From positions 66,070 to 130,069 of the forward strand of contig CAMYKK010000004.1 in NCBI GenBank assembly GCA_947258975.1: DNA of 64,000 nucleotides, given 5' to 3'. Origin of the DNA: an uncultured Gammaproteobacteria bacterium. GTDB lineage: Bacteria > Pseudomonadota > Gammaproteobacteria > Arenicellales > JAANXG01. Made by a program: the position numbers and the translations under genes. Numbering within the stretch: position 1 is the first letter of the stretch; every line of letters begins with the position of its first letter. Under the pieces are notes generated by a model, which was not told the DNA's origin, did not search any database, and saw only the letters and a program-made list of their open reading frames with translations. Shown here piece by piece: positions 41,153 to 52,400 of the stretch.

Positions 41153-41608
41153 TCAAGTATGACCCGTATGTCCAAACCCTCCCTCGGCGCGGGACGTGGA
41201 ACTGAATTCATCCACCAGTTCGAAGCGAACCCGTTTGATTGGCAGAAACGCCATCTGGGCGATTCGGTCTCCGGGTTCGATGACGACATTATGCGTGCTC
41301 CTGTTCCACGCCGATATCAATACTTGCCCTTGATAATCAGAATCGATTAGACCCACTAAATTTCCCAGTACCAGTCCTTTCTTGTGCCCCAGGCCGGAGC
41401 GCGGCAGTATCACCGCCGCCAGGTTCGAATCAGCGATATGGATCGCGATACCTGTGGGAACGAGATGCGTCTCTCCTGGTTCAATGCGCAGGTGTTCGTC
41501 GATGCATGCGCGTAGATCAAGGCCAGCGGACCCGTCGGTGGCGTATTCGGGTAAAGGAAAATCGTTACCGATGCGCTCGTCTAGAATTTTTATTTGTACT
41601 TTCTGCAC
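41153..41608 (-). CDS. dut: dUTP diphosphatase
   Basis: [42 protein letters not shown]. Start ambiguous (GTG 41608 or ATG 41623); either overlaps the coaBC 3' end. Confidence 0.9.
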   Translation of the reverse strand: MQKVQIKILDERIGNDFPLPEYATDGSAGLDLRACIDEHLRIEPGETHLVPTGIAIHIADSNLAAVILPRSGLGHKKGLVLGNLVGLIDSDYQGQVLISAWNRSTHNVVIEPGDRIAQMAFLPIKRVRFELVDEFSSTSRAEGGFGHTGHT

Positions 41609-42800
41609 GATAGCGAATTGCAATTTCTTTGATGAGATTCCGCGCTAGTTGTAGTTTGAAGGTTCGCGGCAGAGATTTCGCGCCCGCCCGGTCGAGGATA
41701 ATCAACTCGTTTTCATCACTCTCCAGGCCGATATCGACATCTCCAACCCGATTGGCAGCGATCATGTCCACCCCTTTACGCATCAGTTTTGCGCGCGCAT
41801 GGGCCTCGACATTATGCGTCTCGGCGGCGAATCCTACCGTGTACGGAGGATCATCCAGGCCTGCCACCGTGGCCAGAATATCCGGATTCCGGATCAGCTT
41901 TATGGTCAATTGTTCGCTGGTTTTCTTGATCTTTTGCTTATGAAATTCAACTGGCCGGTAGTCCGCTACCGCCGCCACGCCTATGAAAACATCGGCGTCG
42001 CTTACTTCATTCATAACCGCCTGGTACATCTCCAAGGCCGAGGTCACGCGAATCCCATGCACGCCGTCGGGGCACGGGAGTTGAGTCGGCCCGGATACCA
42101 GCACGACGTCGGCGTCCGCTTCTCCCGCCGCTTGGGCCACCGCGTAACCCATCTTGCCGGAACTTCGATTGGTAATATTGCGCACCGGATCGATTGCCTC
42201 GTGGGTGGGGCCGGCGGTGATGACTACCTTGGTGTGCGCCAGGGCCCGGGTGCCATACAACGCCGCTAAGCTTTCGGTCAGCTCTGCGGGTTCAGGCATG
42301 CGGCCGGGGCCTGTCTCGCCGCACGCCTGACTGCCCGACGCCGGTCCGAACACGACGATGCCGCGGTTGACTAACACGGCCACATTATCCTGAGTGGCGG
42401 TATGCAGCCACATGCGTTGATTCATCGCGGGTGCGATGACGATGCTGGCCTCGGTCGCCAAACACAGGGTGCTCAGCAAGTCATCCGCAAGGCCGTGGGC
42501 CATGCGTGCGATGAAATCGGCGCTGGCCGGAGCGATCAATACCACGTCGGCCCAGCGAGCCAGTTCGATGTGATTCATTGCCGATTCGGCATCCGAATCC
42601 AAAAGATTGCTGCGGTGCACGGGTTGACCGCTGACCGCCTGCAGGGTGAGGGGGGTGATAAATTGTTCGGCGTTTGCGGTCATGACAACACGCACAACCG
42701 AGCCGGCATCACGCAGTCGGCGCACCAGTTCGGGGATCTTATAGGCGGCGATACCGCCGGTGACGCCGACAATGACTCGTTTTTGACAGAGGCTCGACAT
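41565..42800 (-). CDS. coaBC: bifunctional phosphopantothenoylcysteine decarboxylase / phosphopantothenate-cysteine ligase
   Basis: 411 aa. [10 protein letters not shown] flavoprotein N-domain, [18 protein letters not shown]. Confidence 0.93.
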   Translation of the reverse strand: MSSLCQKRVIVGVTGGIAAYKIPELVRRLRDAGSVVRVVMTANAEQFITPLTLQAVSGQPVHRSNLLDSDAESAMNHIELARWADVVLIAPASADFIARMAHGLADDLLSTLCLATEASIVIAPAMNQRMWLHTATQDNVAVLVNRGIVVFGPASGSQACGETGPGRMPEPAELTESLAALYGTRALAHTKVVITAGPTHEAIDPVRNITNRSSGKMGYAVAQAAGEADADVVLVSGPTQLPCPDGVHGIRVTSALEMYQAVMNEVSDADVFIGVAAVADYRPVEFHKQKIKKTSEQLTIKLIRNPDILATVAGLDDPPYTVGFAAETHNVEAHARAKLMRKGVDMIAANRVGDVDIGLESDENELIILDRAGAKSLPRTFKLQLARNLIKEIAIRYRAESTNKNSRRAHR

Positions 42801-42891
42801 AGCTGAGGTGGGAGTGTACTGTGGGAATAGTGGGATTGGAAACTTATAACAGGCATTTTTCGCTGCTGTTTAACGACTAAGGAGGGTCGTC

Positions 42892-43566
42892 ATGTCGATT
42901 GTTCGCTGGCCTGTGGACGAGCGCCCGCGGGACAAGTTGGTTGCCCGCGGTGCCCACGCTTTGTCGGATGCCGAGTTGCTGGCGATCTTTCTGCGCACCG
43001 GATACAGCGGTCACACAGCGGTGGATCTGGCGCGCCGGTTGCTCCAGCGCTGTGGCGGATTGCGCCAGTTATCAAACGCCGATCGCAAAGTTATATGTGA
43101 TGAGCGGGGAATTGGGCTTGCTAAATACGCCCAGCTGCAAGCAGCACTGGAATTCGGCCGGCGATACTTTGCCGCGGAATTGCCGCGCGGGGCCGGGCTG
43201 ACTTCACCAAGCAAGGTCCGAACGTTTCTGCGTGCCCAGTTACGGGATCGGCCCCATGAAGTATTCTGCTGCCTGTACCTCGATACCCGGCACCGGGTGC
43301 TGGAGTTCGAGGAATTGTTTCGTGGCACCATTGACGGCGCGTCGGTACACCCCCGAGAGGTGGTCAAAGCGGCATTGGCGCGCAATGCCGCCGCAGTGAT
43401 TATTGCTCATAACCACCCCTCCGGCGTGGCCGAACCGAGCGCTGCGGATGAAGCCCTGACCCAACGGCTGAAACAGGCGTTGGGACTGGTGGATATCCGG
43501 CTGCTCGACCACTTCGTCGTTGGTGAAACCGAGGTTGTGTCTCTCAGCGAAAGGGGATTGGTGTAA
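42892..43566 (+). CDS. radC: RadC-family JAB-domain protein
   Basis: 224 aa. [14 protein letters not shown] HhH region and JAMM motif AHNHPSG. Conserved position upstream of rpmB-rpmG. Confidence 0.9.
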   Translation: MSIVRWPVDERPRDKLVARGAHALSDAELLAIFLRTGYSGHTAVDLARRLLQRCGGLRQLSNADRKVICDERGIGLAKYAQLQAALEFGRRYFAAELPRGAGLTSPSKVRTFLRAQLRDRPHEVFCCLYLDTRHRVLEFEELFRGTIDGASVHPREVVKAALARNAAAVIIAHNHPSGVAEPSAADEALTQRLKQALGLVDIRLLDHFVVGETEVVSLSERGLV

Positions 43567-43661
43567 GGGATTCGCTCGCAATCACGCCGATACAGGCTGG
43601 CCCCGGGCAGCGATTTTTGGTATAAAACGCCCCCCACGACAGCGAGTATCAGGAATCAGAC

Positions 43662-43898
43662 ATGCCACGAGTCTGCCAGGTGACCGGCAAGCGTACGATC
43701 CGGGGAAACAATGTTTCCCACGCGAACAACAGAACCCGCCGCAGCTTCCTGCCCAACCTCCACTATCGGCGGTTCTGGGTCGAAAGCGAAAATCGATGGG
43801 TGCGTTTGCGGGTATCTAGAAAAGGGTTACGCATCATCGACAAAAAGGGTATCGATGCCGTATTGAAGCAACTGCGATCACAAGGCACAAAGGTGTAA
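43662..43898 (+). CDS. rpmB: 50S ribosomal protein L28
   Basis: 78 aa. [27 protein letters not shown]. Confidence 0.96.
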   Translation: MPRVCQVTGKRTIRGNNVSHANNRTRRSFLPNLHYRRFWVESENRWVRLRVSRKGLRIIDKKGIDAVLKQLRSQGTKV

Positions 43899-43908
43899 GG
43901 AGGGCAAC

Positions 43909-44064
43909 ATGCGCGACAAGATTAAACTCGTTTCTTCAGCCGGTACCGGCCACTACTACACGACGACCAAGAATAAGCGCACGATGACCGGAAAATTGGA
44001 ACTCAAAAAATATGATCCAGTGGTGCGCAAGCACGTCATCTATAAAGAGGCCAAGATAAAATAG
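43909..44064 (+). CDS. rpmG: 50S ribosomal protein L33
   Basis: Not in the ORF track (51 aa). I translated [61 protein letters not shown] lies upstream. Confidence 0.92.
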   Translation: MRDKIKLVSSAGTGHYYTTTKNKRTMTGKLELKKYDPVVRKHVIYKEAKIK

Positions 44065-44088
44065 CAAGGCAAAACAACGGTTAAACAT

Positions 44089-44116
44089 AAAGCCCGGCCT
44101 TATACCGGGCTTTTTT
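44089..44116. terminator. bidirectional rho-independent terminator shared by rpmG (+) and prk (-)
   Basis: AGCCCGG-CCTTATA-CCGGGCT followed by TTTTTT on the plus strand, and flanked by an A-run on the other side. Confidence 0.7.
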
Positions 44117-44987
44117 ACGCGTGTTTGCGTTGATTCTCGATCAACGAATGAATCCGGGACGTAAGCACCAATTCCATCGCCAAACCCATCTTACCGCCCG
44201 GCACTACGATCGTGTTGGGGCGGGACATGTGGGAATCGTGAAGCATCTGCAGCAGGTAAGGAAAGTTTTGACTGCCGTGTTCGCGAAATCGGATCACCAC
44301 CGCGCTTTCGTCGGCAGTTGGTATGTCCCGGGCAATAAAAGGGTTTGAGGTGTCTACCAAGGGCACGCGTTGGAAATTAATGTCGGTGCGTGAAAATTGG
44401 GGCGTGACGTAGTGCACGTAGTCGTACATTCGTCGCAAAATCGTATCGGTGACGACATCCGTGGCGTAACCGCGTTCCCCCGTGTCGCGATGGATCTTCT
44501 GTATCCATTCTAAGTTAACCACCGGAACCACACCGATCAGCAAATCTACGTGCTTCGCGACATCCACGTCGCCGTCGACGACACCGCCGTGTAGTCCCTC
44601 ATAAAATAGTAAATCAGTGCTTTCGGGAATTGGTGTCCAGTCGGTGAATGTGCCTGGTTCCTGATTATACGGAGCCGCCTCTTCCTCGTTGTGTAGGTAA
44701 CGCCGGATCTCTCCGCGTCCAGAATAACTGTAGTTGCGGAACAAATCTTCCAGCTTGTCAAACAGGTTTGCTTCCGGGCCAAAATGACTCAGGTTCCGGC
44801 CCTGTTCTTCAAATTCATTGAGCGCCTCTTTCATATCGACTCGGTTATAGCGATGAAAGCTGTCGCCTTCGACGACTACGGGATTGATTTGTTCGCGGCG
44901 GAAGATATGTTCCATCGCGGTTTTGACCGTGGACGTGCCCGCACCGGAGGAGCCGGTCACGGCGATGATGGGATGTTTTGCTGACAT
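44115..44987 (-). CDS. prk: phosphoribulokinase
   Basis: 290 aa. P-loop IIAVTGSSGAGTST and EGDSFHRYNR, colinear with bacterial class PRK (CbbP/PrkB). Confidence 0.9.
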   Translation of the reverse strand: MSAKHPIIAVTGSSGAGTSTVKTAMEHIFRREQINPVVVEGDSFHRYNRVDMKEALNEFEEQGRNLSHFGPEANLFDKLEDLFRNYSYSGRGEIRRYLHNEEEAAPYNQEPGTFTDWTPIPESTDLLFYEGLHGGVVDGDVDVAKHVDLLIGVVPVVNLEWIQKIHRDTGERGYATDVVTDTILRRMYDYVHYVTPQFSRTDINFQRVPLVDTSNPFIARDIPTADESAVVIRFREHGSQNFPYLLQMLHDSHMSRPNTIVVPGGKMGLAMELVLTSRIHSLIENQRKHA

Positions 44988-45227
44988 GTCTTACCTCTTT
45001 ATAAATCGTGTTGCACGCATAACCGCGTCGTCAGGTTAGGAGAGGGTATCTTAAGCCCAACTTCCGTGCCAAGCCGTGATACTCAAAAAAACGTGGTTTT
45101 TAGCATTTATCTTTGGTTTAATTCAAACGGCCGAATTCATGTGGCTAATTAGAGAAGACTTTACTGACCTTGTGTTATAGCGGTACCAGGATTGGCTAGT
45201 AAGCGCATAAATAATTTGAGTGCCCCC

Positions 45228-45833
45228 ATGTTTACCCTCGACCATCAAGTATTGCGCGCCGACGTTGCCGGGATGCCATTGGACTGGATCGACTATCGCG
45301 AGGCGGTACGCCTTTATCATCTGGAACACGTGCAATACTCTCTGGGTGCACTGATGTTTCGTATTCGTGGCGGATGTAATGCCAAGACCGGTCTGCGCAG
45401 CGTGATCGAGGTCAATTCCATCATCGCGACGAACGGCGACAGCCACGCGTATATTAAAGCCAGTAAACAGTATATTCCGCCGCTGAATAACACAACGCTG
45501 TTTGCCCGTGATGTGTACATTTGCATGTACTGTGGCGGTCAGTTCGAAGAGCGTCTGTTATCCCGGGACCACGTAACGCCACTCAGCATGGGTGGTAGTG
45601 ATGATTGGAACAATGTCGTGGCGGCGTGCAAGCGGTGTAACAACCACAAAGCCGGACGCACGCCGGAACAAGCCGGCCTATCATTATTGGCGGTGCCTTT
45701 CACACCCAATCATGCCGAGTATGTATACCTGCGTGGCCGCCGGGTGTTGGCCGATCAGATGGAGTTTCTACTTGCCCATTTCCCGCGCAGTAGTCCATTG
45801 CACGACCGCATCGCGCAGAACTTGAGTGCTTGA
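45228..45833 (+). CDS. HNH endonuclease family protein
   Basis: CMYCGG...SRDHVTPLSMGGSDDWNNVVAACKRCNNHKAGR (HNH beta-beta-alpha-metal motif with two CxxC pairs). An alternative TTG start at 45192 exists. Confidence 0.8.
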   Translation: MFTLDHQVLRADVAGMPLDWIDYREAVRLYHLEHVQYSLGALMFRIRGGCNAKTGLRSVIEVNSIIATNGDSHAYIKASKQYIPPLNNTTLFARDVYICMYCGGQFEERLLSRDHVTPLSMGGSDDWNNVVAACKRCNNHKAGRTPEQAGLSLLAVPFTPNHAEYVYLRGRRVLADQMEFLLAHFPRSSPLHDRIAQNLSA

Positions 45834-45896
45834 AATCTCATTCGTCGGCGCGTGGGCGTAAGTTGCTGCGGATTATTGGTCTCAATAGGCGAGGCT

Positions 45897-46460
45897 TTAA
45901 GGCGAGACGAGTTCGTAACGCCGCAGGCGGCGGGAAAATTCACGCAACGCTTCGATGCCGGAAGATTCTGCAACGCGGCACCATTCCTGTAATGCACTCA
46001 TTAGATTATCTTGCGTTACCGATGACTTGTTCCAGATCTCCTGCAGTCGCTGTTTCATAGCGTAAACCTGATTCAGGTTGGCGTTCATTTCCAGCACTCG
46101 CTGCAGTTGTTTGCGGCTCTTCTCGGTCAACAGGCTGGACTCCCGCGACATCAAACGGCGTGCCCGCTTAATAAGCGAATATTGCCGGTTTCCCGGTCCT
46201 AACTTGCGCAGTTCATCGGTGCACACGTCGTACAGCACTTCCTTGATGAAATTCGCCAGCCCCCCGAAACGGTTGTTGATTACCGCCTTGACGGTTTCGA
46301 GATCGGACACCGATTTTTCCTTTATCACCACGATCCTAGGCGCGGTCTTTTTGACCTGCGCCAATCCCAGGACACGCAGTAAACGAATATAACTCCAGCC
46401 AAGGTCAATTTCCCATGGTTTGTTGGAGAACTTGGCCGAGGAAGCATAGGCGTGATGATT
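45897..46460 (-). pseudogene. 3' fragment of a membrane acyl-CoA/fatty-acid desaturase gene (N-terminal two thirds missing)
   Basis: Reading begins right after a TAA (46461-46463) with NHHAYASSAKFSNKPWEIDLGWSYIRLLRVLGLA, which is the third His box (HNNHHxxP-type) and the following conserved WWEID segment. There is no in-frame ATG or RBS before it, and no His boxes 1-2 upstream. Confidence 0.7.
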
Positions 46461-47089
46461 TTAGTCTTTAATATCTAGACGTTTTCAGTCGTAAAATAAA
46501 GCTTAACGCGTCCGTGCGCATACCTCCCAGTTGCGGCCGGTCCGTTGTCACGCCATAGTATCGGTAGCGGATTTGCCAATGCAACCCTATTCCCCAGGTG
46601 GAATGCCCCGCCCTGACCCCGTCGCTCCGCCCCACCCGAAATTTGCCCCACGGCGCCGCACTCCCTTACATGGTGACATACCGGCAAAGACCCGCCGTGT
46701 ACTGTCCAGGCAATGGCGGCAGCCGACGTTCCCGGCCGCATGGCAAAAATGGGGGGGATCATCGCGGCGCTGCCGCGCGCGAACGCCCGCGCCTGTGCGT
46801 CACGCAACAATACGACACGACGGTGGGGGGCCACCGCCTCCGATCTGATCGTTGTCATCGCTCCAACACGGTGTCTGCGCGCCCCTATCCTTGCGCCGTC
46901 ATTCGCGATCGTTGACGCCGTATGCGCATTGGCTTCTCGCGTCCCGGATTGAATCTTCGCACCACTTGCGGCTAGCTGCGTGCCCGGGCCGGTGTTGCAG
47001 GCTAGGATCACGAATATTGTGTCTTACTTGATCCGCGCAGCATCGCGCCAGTACTATCCGACTCTGCACAATCCTCAGAGTTAAAGATA

Positions 47090-47965
47090 ATGTATCAAGG
47101 CAGCATGGTGGCGCTGGTAACACCGATGCAAGATGATGGATCGGTGGATTTTGCCGGCCTGGAACGATTGATCGATTTTCACGTGGATAACGGCACCCAG
47201 GCGATCGTCTCTGTGGGGACCACCGGTGAGTCGGCGACCCTCGATTTTGAGGAACATGCAGAGGTCATTGAAAAGACGGTAAAATATGCGAACGGGCGTA
47301 TTCCCATAATCGCGGGTACCGGCGCTAATTCGACCCGGGAAGCCATAGAACTGACCAAGCGGGCGGCGGATCTGCACGTGGATGCTTGTCTGCTCGTTAC
47401 ACCTTACTACAACAAGCCCACTCAGGAAGGGCTATACCGTCATTACCGGGCAATTGCGGAAGCGTCGCCGATCCCGCAAATTCTCTACAACGTCCCTGGC
47501 CGGACCGCTTGCGATATGCTCACGCAGACCGTGGACCGGTTGGCGGATATTGACAACATCGTGGGTCTCAAGGACGCGACCGGCGATATGGACCGGGCAC
47601 GCGAACTGGTGCAGCGATGCGGTGACCGCATGGCGATCTACTCCGGCGACGATGCAACGGCCCTCGAACACATGCTCTTGGGTGGTAAGGGGGATATCTC
47701 GGTCACCGCTAACGTGGCGCCGGCGGCCATGAATGAGATGTGCAATGCGGCGCTGGCGGGTAACGAAGCCAGAGCCCGGGAAGTGAACGACCGCCTCAGC
47801 GGACTGCACGAACGGTTATTCGTGGAATCCAACCCGATTCCGGTTAAATGGGCGGTTCACCAACTCGGTTTAATTGGGCCCGCCATTCGCCTGCCCCTCA
47901 CGCCATTGTCGGAGCAATACCAAGACTCAGTACGCACCGCGATGGACGAAGCAGGTATAATTTAG
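47090..47965 (+). CDS. dapA: 4-hydroxy-tetrahydrodipicolinate synthase
   Basis: 291 aa. GSMVALVTPM, GTTGESATL, YNVPGRT. Confidence 0.95.
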   Translation: MYQGSMVALVTPMQDDGSVDFAGLERLIDFHVDNGTQAIVSVGTTGESATLDFEEHAEVIEKTVKYANGRIPIIAGTGANSTREAIELTKRAADLHVDACLLVTPYYNKPTQEGLYRHYRAIAEASPIPQILYNVPGRTACDMLTQTVDRLADIDNIVGLKDATGDMDRARELVQRCGDRMAIYSGDDATALEHMLLGGKGDISVTANVAPAAMNEMCNAALAGNEARAREVNDRLSGLHERLFVESNPIPVKWAVHQLGLIGPAIRLPLTPLSEQYQDSVRTAMDEAGII

Positions 47966-48032
47966 GTTCTAACCGCCGGGTTAATCGGTGGCGGGGTGGG
48001 TTTTTGCAGCGATCGACTATGGGTTTTCGTCA

Positions 48033-48632
48033 ATGCGATATTGTATTTGTTGCCGGATCTTAATCATTGTTGGTTTCGCGTGGGCGTTAGCTGCGTGTGG
48101 GGGCACGGGGCCAAAGCAGCGCGATTTTGAAGCCGCGAAAACGCTGCCGCCGTTGGTGGTACCGGCAGACCTGGTGGCGGCCAGCGGAAGCGGCGGCATG
48201 AAAGTGCCGGAACCGACGCGGTCCGGTCCCGCGCAGACCGCCACGTCCAGCGTTCCCGCCGCTGCGCCTGAAGTTTCGTCTAGAGTGACGTTGCAGAAAA
48301 CGGGAGACGGTGTGCCAACGTTGACGGTGGCGGAACCGGTTGATCGCGTATGGCCGCAACTTGGACGCTCTTTGCGTGATATCGGCGCGGAGATAGAAAA
48401 ACAGGACGCCCAGGAGGGTGTTTACTACCTACGTTACAAAGATCCCGACGCCCAAGAAGAATCGGGTTTTGTCAAACGGCTGTTCAAGCGAAACAAGGGG
48501 AAACGCTATCAACTCAAGTTGGTAGCCAGCGGGGACAATTCGATAGTGACTGTCCATGACAAGCGTGGCAGGCCGGATAAGTCAGCTACCAGTCAAAGGT
48601 TGCTTGCGATGCTGGGCGAGCGGTTCAAGTAA
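48033..48632 (+). CDS. bamC: outer membrane protein assembly factor BamC (NlpB) lipoprotein
   Basis: Lipobox LAAC after a signal peptide. The position immediately downstream of dapA is conserved synteny. Sequence similarity itself is weak. Confidence 0.7.
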   Translation: MRYCICCRILIIVGFAWALAACGGTGPKQRDFEAAKTLPPLVVPADLVAASGSGGMKVPEPTRSGPAQTATSSVPAAAPEVSSRVTLQKTGDGVPTLTVAEPVDRVWPQLGRSLRDIGAEIEKQDAQEGVYYLRYKDPDAQEESGFVKRLFKRNKGKRYQLKLVASGDNSIVTVHDKRGRPDKSATSQRLLAMLGERFK

Positions 48633-48707
48633 GAAACTTATGGGCAATGATCGCGCACGGCGCTTGGTTTGCCGGTGTTGTCCAATCGTTTAGTGAGGAT
48701 TGAAAGT

Positions 48708-49421
48708 ATGCAACGTGGTGAACAGCTTTACTCGGGTAAAGCCAAAACAGTATATCTTACCGATGACGCGGACAAATTAATCTTGCATTTCCGCAACGAT
48801 ACGTCGGCGTTTGACGGCGAAAAAGTCGCCCAGTTGGACCGCAAGGGGATGGTGAACAACAAATTTAACGCCTTCATCATGCAGGCGCTGGAGCAGGCAG
48901 GTATAAAGACTCACTTTGAATCGTTGCGTTCAGAAAGTGAATCTGTGGTGAAGCGATTGAAGATGTTGCCGATCGAATGCGTGGTTCGCAATATCGCCGC
49001 CGGGTCGATTTGTAAACGCTACGGTGTGGAGGAGGGTATAGACCTCGATCCACCCACCTTTGAGTTCTTCCTCAAGGACGATGCGCGTCATGATCCGCTG
49101 ATAAATGATTATCATATCCTGGCATTCGACTGGGCTACCGAGCCGGAAATAGCGGAAATGAAGGAAATCACATTTCGCGTCAATGAGTTCCTGGCGGGTA
49201 TGTTTGCGAAGGGCGGAATGCTGTTGGTCGATTTCAAAATCGAATTCGGGCGTTACCGTGATGAGCTGTTGCTGGGTGATGAAATTACCCCCGACGGATG
49301 CCGTGTTTGGGATGAAGAAACCCGCGAGAAATTAGACAAGGATCGATTTAGGCGGGATCTGGGCGGGGTAGTCGAAGCGTACGAGCAAGTAGCAGCACGG
49401 TTGGGGGTGCCGCTAGATTGA
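48708..49421 (+). CDS. purC: phosphoribosylaminoimidazole-succinocarboxamide synthase
   Basis: [34 protein letters not shown] 48708 sits behind GAGGA. Confidence 0.94.
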   Translation: MQRGEQLYSGKAKTVYLTDDADKLILHFRNDTSAFDGEKVAQLDRKGMVNNKFNAFIMQALEQAGIKTHFESLRSESESVVKRLKMLPIECVVRNIAAGSICKRYGVEEGIDLDPPTFEFFLKDDARHDPLINDYHILAFDWATEPEIAEMKEITFRVNEFLAGMFAKGGMLLVDFKIEFGRYRDELLLGDEITPDGCRVWDEETREKLDKDRFRRDLGGVVEAYEQVAARLGVPLD

Positions 49422-49431
49422 GTCCGGGTAC

Positions 49432-52400
49432 GTGAACGAGCGATCCGGTAACCTGGCAACACCGGTTTTCTCGAGTCATGGTGTTATTCGTATACGGGGC
49501 GCGCGGGCGCTCTCCGATTTTCGCCGCGAAAAACTGATCGCGGATCTGCGTCAACACCTTGCATCGGTCGTCTCTATCGACGCGGAATACTGGCACTTCA
49601 TCAGCAGTGCACGCGAACTGACGCCAGCGAAACTCGATGTTTTGACTCAGCTATTGAACTATGGCCCCCGGCAGCAGCGGGTGCGGCCGGTTGGCGATCT
49701 GTTTCTCGTCGTACCGCGCATTGGCACCATATCACCGTGGTCCACCAAGGCCACGGACATCGCGCATCTTTGTGGACTTGATGCGATCAATCGTATCGAG
49801 CGCGGCGTTGCCTGGTACGTGGCGTTGAACGGCAACGTTGATGTCCCTGACGCACTATGGGAGCAGCTTGCCGCACGTCTGCACGACCCCATGACTGAAT
49901 CCGTACTGCCGGACTTCGATGCCAGCGACAAGCTGTTCGAAAATTCCGAACCGCAGCCGTTATCGACCGTCGACGTGCTGACAACTGGAGCGGTGGGGTT
50001 AGCGCGCGCCAATACGGAACTTGGTCTGGCTTTGTCCATAGACGAGATCGAGTACCTCGCTGAGGAGTTTACCCAACTCGGACGTAATCCGACGGATGTC
50101 GAACTGATGATGTTTGCGCAAGTCAACTCCGAACACTGTCGGCACAAGATATTCAACGCCGATTGGATCGTCGACGGTGAGCGTCAAACTCATTCGTTGT
50201 TTGACATGATTCGTGAAACCCATCGGGCTAATCCTCGCGGTACGTTGATTGCTTACGCTGACAACGCCGCGATACTAGAGGGTTCGCGAGTGCCGCGTTT
50301 GTTTGCAGACCCCAAGTCGCGGGAGTATGGTTTTGTCGAGGAACCGGTACACATCGTTTGTAAGGTCGAGACCCACAACCATCCTACAGCAATAGCACCG
50401 TTCCCCGGCGCCGCAACGGGTGCCGGCGGTGAGATTCGTGATGAAGGTGCAACCGGACGGGGTGCAAAACCTAAGGCCGGCATCACCGGTTTCTCGGTGT
50501 CGCACCTGCGCTTGCCCGGAGCACCGCGGCCGTGGGAAGACGATGAATATGCGCCCACCCGCATTGCCTCGCCGCTGCAAATCATGCTGGAGGGACCGGT
50601 CGGGGGCGCATCGTTCAACAATGAGTTCGGCCGTCCCAACATTGGCGGTTATTTCCGCACCTTCGAGCAGTGGATACCGGTCCCGGGTGGTCGTGAAAGG
50701 CGTGGATACCACAAACCAATCATGCTGGCCGGCGGCTTGGGCAACATACGCCCGGGACACGTGCAGAAGCGGGACATTCCAGAACAGGCCCACGTGATTG
50801 TGTTGGGTGGTCCGGCGATGTTGATCGGTCTTGGTGGTGGAGCCGCCTCGAGTGTGGCCACCGGCACCAGCAGCGAAGAACTGGACTTCGCTTCGGTGCA
50901 ACGTAGCAACGCCGAGATGCAACGTCGTTGTCAGGAGGTGATCGATCAGTGCTGGTCCATGGGCGACGATAATCCGATCATCTCCATTCATGACATCGGT
51001 GCTGGTGGATTGTCGAACGCGGTGCCGGAGTTGGTGCACGCGTCCGATCGTGGCGGGCATTTTCAACTGCGTAATGTGTTGAACGACGATACCGGCATGA
51101 CGCCGATGCAGATTTGGTGTAACGAGGCCCAGGAGCGCTACGTGATCGCCGTGGCGGCAGAGCGATTGGCGGAGGTGGAGTCGATCTGCGAGCGGGAAAG
51201 ATGCCTGTATTGCGTGATCGGCGGGGCCGCCGAAAAACAAGAGCTGGTACTGAAGGATGAGCAGTTTGCAGCCCATGGCGCACGGTATGCGACACCCATC
51301 GATATGGATATGCGCTTATTGTTTGCGAACCCCCCAAGCATGTTGCGCGATGTGTCGCGTACAGCGGCCGTGTTGCCGCCTTTCGATACGCAAACGGTGC
51401 AGTTGGATGACGCCGTTGATCGGGTATTACGTTTTCCGGCGGTCGCGGATAAGACGTTTCTGGTCACCATTGGGGATCGCAGCGTGACCGGTTTGGTGTG
51501 CCGCGACCAGATGGTCGGGCCGTGGCAGGTACCGGTCGCCGATGTCGCGGTCACCGCAGCCAGTTATGCGTCTTTAGCCGGCGAGGCGGTAGCGATCGGC
51601 GAACGCACGCCGCTGGCGATCATCAACCCTGCTGCGAGCGGCCGCATGGCGATCGCCGAGGCATTGACCAACCTCGCAGCCGCGCGCATTCGAGACCTCG
51701 CGGAAGTTAAGTTGTCGGCAAATTGGATGGCGGCCGCAGGACACCCCGGCGACGACGCTGCACTGTTCGATACCGTGCATGCGGTGGGCATGGAATTGTG
51801 CCAGGCATTGGGTATTGCAATCCCGGTGGGCAAGGATTCGATGTCCATGAAGACCGTATGGTCGGAAAATAGTGGTGAGCGCATCGAAGTGACAGCGCCA
51901 GTATCCTTGATTGTCAGCGCATTCGCGCCGGTGTGCGACGTCCGCGACACACTCACGCCGGTATTGACCAGCGCCGATGAGCCGACCGAGTTGCTGTTGA
52001 TAGACCTTGGTCGAGGGAAAAACCGCATGGGCGGCTCCGCGCTCACGCAGGTCTATGCTCAATTGGGCGATGTGTGCCCGGATGTAGACGATGCGTCTCA
52101 ACTACGCAGGCTTATATTGGCGATCCAGGCGCTCAATGCGGCAGGGTTGTTGCTGGCTTATCACGATCGCTCGGACGGTGGATTGTGGACGACGCTATGC
52201 GAAATGGCGTTCGCCGGACGTGTCGGTTTGTGCATCGCGCTCGATGGACTAGCCGGTGACCCGGTGCCGATCTTGTTCAACGAGGAGCTTGGTGTCGTGC
52301 TGCAGGTCCGTACCGAAGACGCATCCCAAGTGCGCAGCATCCTAACGGAGTTCGAATTGAACGAGTTGTGCCACCGCCTGGGAGAGCCGCTTGCAGAGGA

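Noticed and set aside
46475-47011. 178-aa minus-strand ORF (and the three overlapping plus-strand ORFs) in the GC-rich orphan segment
   Set aside because: Four of the six frames are open simultaneously because of GC content. No RBS, no motif, non-protein-like composition. Reported as a finding, not as a CDS.
50275-51276. 333-aa minus-strand ORF (and several other 100-175-aa ORFs between 49659 and 53292)
   Set aside because: Entirely inside purL on the opposite strand or an alternative frame. No motifs. purL colinearity is unambiguous.
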